Positions 37,890-42,070 of a DNA stretch of 42,070 nt are shown piece after piece. Below the pieces are notes generated by a model. It saw nothing but the letters and a program-made list of their open reading frames with translations. It did no database searches and was not told the origin of the DNA. Position 1 is the stretch's first letter; each line of letters starts with the position of its first letter. Source of the stretch: Candidatus Parcubacteria bacterium (GTDB lineage Bacteria > Patescibacteriota > Minisyncoccia > Phycocordibacterales > CALRHW01). The position numbers and the translations under genes were made by a program. Location: NCBI GenBank assembly GCA_009691505.1, contig SICJ01000002.1, positions 1 to 42,070 on the forward strand, given 5' to 3'.

Positions 37890-38336
37890 ATGAAAATAAT
37901 ATTACTTAAAACTGTGCCGAAGGTAGGACAAAAATATGAGGTGAAAGACATTTCAGATGGACACGCGCTCAATTTTCTTATCCCAAAAAAGCTCGCGGAA
38001 GTGGCGACTCCTTCTGCTATAAAAAGAATCGGACTATTGCAAGCAAAAGACATGCAAGAAAAAAATATTCACGCAGACTTGCTCGCTAAAAACCTAGAGG
38101 ATATAAAAGGTGCACGTGTAGAATTTACAGAAAAAGCGAGCGACAAAGGGCATCTTTTTTCAAGTATTCATAAAGAGCGTATCGTGGAGGCTCTCAAAGC
38201 ACAGACTCGGCTAGACATAAATGCTGATTTTATAGATTTGGCAAAACCTATTAAAGAAGTTGGTGAACATAAAGTGACTGTAAAAGTGGGGGACAAAAGC
38301 GTGGAGTTTTTGGTGGTGGTTAATTCAGTAAAATAA
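37890..38336 (+). CDS. rplI: 50S ribosomal protein L9
   Basis: MKIILL, DGHALNFLIPK, GHLFSSI, PIKEVGEH. Confidence 0.96.
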   Translation: MKIILLKTVPKVGQKYEVKDISDGHALNFLIPKKLAEVATPSAIKRIGLLQAKDMQEKNIHADLLAKNLEDIKGARVEFTEKASDKGHLFSSIHKERIVEALKAQTRLDINADFIDLAKPIKEVGEHKVTVKVGDKSVEFLVVVNSVK

Positions 38337-38439
38337 AAATAACCTCAAAAAGGGTACGGATTTTTTAAGCTTAAAAAATCCTGAAGCGCTCGGCTCGTCA
38401 GCCTCGCGACCCCCTTTTTGAGGTTATTTTTATTTTACT
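38327..38439. repeat. palindromic element: 28-bp perfect inverted arms around a two-hairpin core
   Basis: 38327-38354 is the reverse complement of 38412-38439; core GGATTTTTTAAGCTTAAAAAATCC-TGAAGCGCTCGGC...GCCTCGCGA. Confidence 0.9.
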
Positions 38440-38441
38440 AC

Positions 38442-38714
38442 CTAACCAACATGCACAATCTTTTTGATTTTGAAAGAGTTGTCAAAATGAGTCTTGCGAG
38501 TTTTTGCAAATTGCACGATACCATCTTTTAAAGCGAAAAGTGTTCGGTCTTTTCCCATTCCCACGTTTCGGCCAGGAAGCACGTCTGTACCTCTTTGACG
38601 CACTATAATAGAGCCAGCTTTTGCTACTCCTCCCGCAGTGATCTTTACACCGAGGTACTTTGGATTTGAATCTCTGCCGTTTTTGGTTGACCCACCGGCT
38701 TTTTTGGTTGCCAT
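38442..38714 (-). CDS. rpmA: 50S ribosomal protein L27
   Basis: [24 protein letters not shown]. Confidence 0.99.
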   Translation of the reverse strand: MATKKAGGSTKNGRDSNPKYLGVKITAGGVAKAGSIIVRQRGTDVLPGRNVGMGKDRTLFALKDGIVQFAKTRKTHFDNSFKIKKIVHVG

Positions 38715-38754
38715 ACTATATTATTTATATATAATCTGTTAAAATATCAGTCAA

Positions 38755-39396
38755 ATGAGTATAAAAGATAATCTCCTAAAAATCAAGTATAAAAACCCAC
38801 TTATAGGCAAAACAGCCGTTTTTGCCCTTATTTTTGGGCTCGTTTTCATATTCTCATTCCAGCTTGGGAGACTTACGACCTTAAGTGATGCAAGGACACC
38901 CATTGTTCTGGGGTCATTTGAAACGACAGTTTTGGCGTCAGCCGAGCCATCAAAAACTACTTCCGAAACTACTCCCGAGAGCAAAAAAGAACAAAAAATT
39001 TCTGCTGGCGCAGTGGTCGCTTCAAAGCAAGGTAAAACTTATCATTTACCAAGTTGTCCTGGTGCAAAAAACATTGCCCCAGAAAATAAAATCACTTTTA
39101 CTTCACGGGCGATAGCGCAAAAAGCTGGCTACTCTCCCGCAAAAAATTGTAAAGGTCTTTCCGCATTAAAAAGCGGACTCACTGCCAACCTCAATATTGA
39201 AACTGGTAAAAAGGACGGGGTGGTCGCTGTACCACTTTTTGCAGTCACAAAAAAAGGCAACAAATCTTATGTTCAAAAAGTTTCTGGAGAAAATGCCGTG
39301 CAAACTGAAGTGACTCTTGGAATCGTTGGTCAAGATGGAATGACTGAAGTATTGTCTGGTCTCGGCGAGGGCGATACGGTAGAAGTAGGTCAATAA
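38755..39396 (+). CDS. membrane-anchored Ada-type Zn-binding domain fused to the C-terminal domain of an efflux periplasmic adaptor
   Basis: VASKQGKTYHLPSC...AQKAGYSPAKNC, then SGLTANLNI...VAVP..AV...VTLG...TEVLSGLGEGDTV. Confidence 0.75.
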   Translation: MSIKDNLLKIKYKNPLIGKTAVFALIFGLVFIFSFQLGRLTTLSDARTPIVLGSFETTVLASAEPSKTTSETTPESKKEQKISAGAVVASKQGKTYHLPSCPGAKNIAPENKITFTSRAIAQKAGYSPAKNCKGLSALKSGLTANLNIETGKKDGVVAVPLFAVTKKGNKSYVQKVSGENAVQTEVTLGIVGQDGMTEVLSGLGEGDTVEVGQ

Positions 39397-39411
39397 ATTA
39401 AATTTAGAAAA

Positions 39412-40326
39412 ATGTTTAAGATTTTACTTTTTTATAAATATGTAAACATAGACGACCCTCGTGCGTGTATGTACGAGCAACGTCGTCTATGCGAAAAATT
39501 TGGATTGAAGGGTCGGATAATAATTGCCAAAGAGGGGATTAATGCAACTCTTGAGGGCACAGAAGAAAATACAGACGCTTATTTAAAAATTTTTCTGAGT
39601 GACGAGTGTTTTAAAGATACTCATATCAAAAGAAGTGTCGGCACGGGAGATGCTTTCCCAAGACTTTCAATAAAAGTGCGGAACGATCTTGTGAGTGACG
39701 CCTTTGGCGTTGAACTAGATCCTACAAAAGAAACAGGTAAACGTCTTGCACCAGAAAAACTAAACGAATGGCTAGAAAAAAAGCCCGGCACTTTCCATAT
39801 TATTGATATGCGAAATGACTATGAGTATCGCGTTGGACATTTTGACGGTTCAATACTCATGGATATCAAAAATTTTCGCGATTTACCGCAAGCACTCGCG
39901 CAGATAGCTCATTTAAAAAACGAGCCAGTTGTTCCTGTTTGTACTGGCGGAGTGCGTTGCGAAAAGGCCTCTACTTTGCTCATAAAAGAGGGTTTTAAGG
40001 ATGTTTATCAGCTAGATGGGGGGATCGTCAGTTATATGGAAAAATACCCAGGAAAAGACTTTAGGGGTTCTTTATATGTATTTGATAACCGAAAGGTAAT
40101 GAATTTCACCGACCCCGACAAACATGTGATGATAGGGGAATGCGATATTTGTCAAAAACATTCAGAAAATTATGCAAACTGCTCTCTTGATACCTGTCAT
40201 AGGCACTTTATTTGCTGTGAAAACTGTCAAAATAATCAAAATGGGTACAGTTTCTGCTCCCAAAATTGTCAGGAACGATACTTCACTGAAAATCCCGTTC
40301 AAGCTGGCATCAAGTCAGTTGTCTAA
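39412..40326 (+). CDS. trhO: rhodanese-related sulfurtransferase / tRNA uridine(34) hydroxylase
   Basis: LLFYKY, EGINAT, DMRNDYE..GHF, CTGGVRCEK, YVFDNR. Confidence 0.93.
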   Translation: MFKILLFYKYVNIDDPRACMYEQRRLCEKFGLKGRIIIAKEGINATLEGTEENTDAYLKIFLSDECFKDTHIKRSVGTGDAFPRLSIKVRNDLVSDAFGVELDPTKETGKRLAPEKLNEWLEKKPGTFHIIDMRNDYEYRVGHFDGSILMDIKNFRDLPQALAQIAHLKNEPVVPVCTGGVRCEKASTLLIKEGFKDVYQLDGGIVSYMEKYPGKDFRGSLYVFDNRKVMNFTDPDKHVMIGECDICQKHSENYANCSLDTCHRHFICCENCQNNQNGYSFCSQNCQERYFTENPVQAGIKSVV

Positions 40327-40485
40327 AATAGCTATAAAACCCAGTATTTAAGCCATATTTATACCACAGAAAACTCATTTTGTCGTTGACAGACTAGACA
40401 GGATATGCTATTATGTACACATCTCAGTTAGCGCTGAGTTTTTTATTTGGATAAACCGAAAGGCATAATCCAAGTAAACAAATTT

Positions 40486-40977
40486 ATGTTAAATATGACA
40501 GCAACTAGTCTTTATATGGTACTTGCAAGCCTTACCGGTAATACGGGAAGTGCTCAGCTTGTCCAAATTCCTACAAACATACAACCACAACTTGTGGAGG
40601 AAAAATCAACTCAAAAACAAGAGGCGGAAAAAAACGTATCAACAGAGGCTTATGTTAGAAACTATTTTGCAGATCTTCCTATTATGATTGAAGTTGCTCG
40701 ATGTGAGTCTCATTTTAGACAAACAGATAGCAATGGAAAAGTTTTACGAGGTAAAGAAAATCGCTTTGACGTTGGTGTGATGCAGATAAATGAATATTAC
40801 CATGCTAATACAGCAAAAAGGCTCGGATATAATATTTACAGCACAGAAGGCAACACAGCTTTTGCTCGGTATCTTTATGAAAAAAATGGTATTAAAGATT
40901 GGAAACCTTCGTGGGATTGTTCAACAAAGTCAAATCAGATTGCGATGCGTACTGATAGTGGGGTGAGTTGGGAATAA
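40486..40977 (+). CDS. secreted lysozyme-like / SLT transglycosylase domain protein
   Basis: VARCES, GVMQIN, GN..FA..LY...G...W; ATG 40486 preferred; TTGACA promoter at 40386. Confidence 0.8.
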   Translation: MLNMTATSLYMVLASLTGNTGSAQLVQIPTNIQPQLVEEKSTQKQEAEKNVSTEAYVRNYFADLPIMIEVARCESHFRQTDSNGKVLRGKENRFDVGVMQINEYYHANTAKRLGYNIYSTEGNTAFARYLYEKNGIKDWKPSWDCSTKSNQIAMRTDSGVSWE

Positions 40978-40983
40978 AAATTA

Positions 40984-41019
40984 CAAAAAAGACTCTTGCT
41001 AAAGCGAGGGTCTTTTTTG
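40984..41019 (+). terminator. intrinsic terminator
   Basis: AAAAAAGACTCTTGC-TAAA-GCGAGGGTCTTTTTT. Confidence 0.8.
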
Positions 41020-41063
41020 TTTGTTTAAAAAATTATGATACAATAAATTTACAACTAAATAGT

Positions 41064-41182
41064 TGATTATCAAGAGAGTGGCGAGAACACTGGTTCTAGG
41101 ACCCACCGGCAACCAATTAGAAATAATAAGGTGCTAAATCCAGCCAAAGTATTGCGAAAGCAATATTATGGAAAGATAAGAC
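41064..41182 (+). promoter_or_regulatory. SAM-I riboswitch (S-box)
   Basis: TTATCAAGAG...CTGG...GGCAACC...AAGGTGCTAAATCC...GAAAGATAAG directly upstream of metK. Confidence 0.92.
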
Positions 41183-41228
41183 TAGTCATCTATCTTTCCT
41201 CTTTATGAGGAATTTTTTATTTAAAAAA

Positions 41229-42070
41229 ATGAAAAAAACAGCAGAATTTGTGAGTCCAAAACATCCAGATAAAATTTGTGATTTTATCGCGGATAGTATT
41301 TTAGATGCGTATCTCTTAGAAGACCCAAAAAGTCGTGTAGCAATAGAAGTAATGGGTGGCCACAACCTCATTACAATAAACGGTGAGGTAACAAGTATGG
41401 CAAAACCCGATATAGAAATGCTGGTAAAAGAAATAGTTGGACAAGGGTTTAAAATTTTAGTGCATATTGATATTCAAAGCCCAGAGATTGCACGAGGAGT
41501 GGATAGTGGCGGGGCAGGTGATCAAGGGATCATGAAAGGCTATGCCACCGCAGAGACAAAAAATTATATGCCCGTAGAATATGAACTAGCTCGAAATCTA
41601 TGCATGAAAGTATTTGAACGCTATCCTTTTGATGGTAAAACGCAAGTCACGGTGGAAGGTGGTAGTGTGACAAATGTTGTTGTAAGTTTTCAAAATACAA
41701 AAAATGGCGAGCTTTTAGAGCTTGTTAAAAAAATTATTATTGCAAAAGAATATTTTATAAACCCAGCGGGGCAGTGGACTTGTGGGGGTTTTGATGCAGA
41801 TACTGGTCTATCTGGCAGGAAACTTATAGTAGATAATTATGGACCAGAAATAACTATTGGGGGCGGTTCTTTTTCAGGTAAAGATTATACAAAGGTAGAT
41901 AGATCAGGTGCGTATATGGCGCGTCGACTCGCTGTTGAATTATTGGAAAAATATAATGCAAAAGAAGTACAAACAAAACTTGCTTATGCAATTGGGAAAA
42001 AATATCCTGTAATGGCTGTAGCTGTGATAGATGGTGTAGAAAGAGAAATTGACGGCTATGATTTAAGTCC
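41229..42070 (+). CDS. metK: S-adenosylmethionine synthetase (partial, runs off window)
   Basis: AEFVSPKHPDKICD, GAGDQG, DGKTQVT, INPAG, DTGLSGRKLIVDNYG, GGGSFSGKD.TKVDRSGAY; missing from the ORF track because there is no stop in the window. Confidence 0.97.
   Translation, partial: MKKTAEFVSPKHPDKICDFIADSILDAYLLEDPKSRVAIEVMGGHNLITINGEVTSMAKPDIEMLVKEIVGQGFKILVHIDIQSPEIARGVDSGGAGDQGIMKGYATAETKNYMPVEYELARNLCMKVFERYPFDGKTQVTVEGGSVTNVVVSFQNTKNGELLELVKKIIIAKEYFINPAGQWTCGGFDADTGLSGRKLIVDNYGPEITIGGGSFSGKDYTKVDRSGAYMARRLAVELLEKYNAKEVQTKLAYAIGKKYPVMAVAVIDGVEREIDGYDLS

Noticed and set aside
2697..39393. Numerous antisense and overlapping ORFs in the track (e.g. 6888-7514, 13194-13652, 30058-30561)
   Set aside because: Shadow frames of well-supported genes on the opposite strand.
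1..42070. Genetic code 25, CRISPR array, prophage, introns or inteins
   Set aside because: Conserved genes end in TGA and have no internal TGA; no repeat-spacer array, phage structural genes or large insertions in dnaB or the tRNAs were seen.

Overview
AT-rich chromosomal segment from a small-genome bacterium, most likely Patescibacteria/CPR (Parcubacteria-like). This is inferred from gene order, degenerate PriA and HolB, HTH-MurA, two MreB paralogs and a short MetK. TGA is used as stop, so the code is standard code 11. Most of the window is housekeeping: translation (hpf, fmt, def, frr, proS, lysS, cysS, rplU, rplI, rpmA, trhO, greA), cell wall, shape and division (vanY-like, murA, mreB x2, mreC, mreD-like, PBP2, mraZ-rsmH-ftsL-ftsI-murF), replication and repair (priA, holB-like, recR, dnaB, rmuC), and a SAM-I riboswitch before metK, which runs off the window end. 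The accessory signals are: (1) two decayed tRNA-anchored islands (tRNA-Asn, tRNA-Glu) whose attachment site appears to lie inside the recombinase 3' end, so integration would swap the recombinase C-terminus; (2) a frameshifted, stand-alone DGR-type target gene with an adenine-depleted variable region but no RT or template in the window; (3) a family of GC-rich palindromic elements, some inside genes in frame and some with long inverted arms unique to each locus; (4) a promoter- and terminator-bounded, highly structured ~280-nt candidate ncRNA; (5) mosaic or chimeric genes and pseudogene fragments. All family assignments come from reading motifs by eye; no database search was run.
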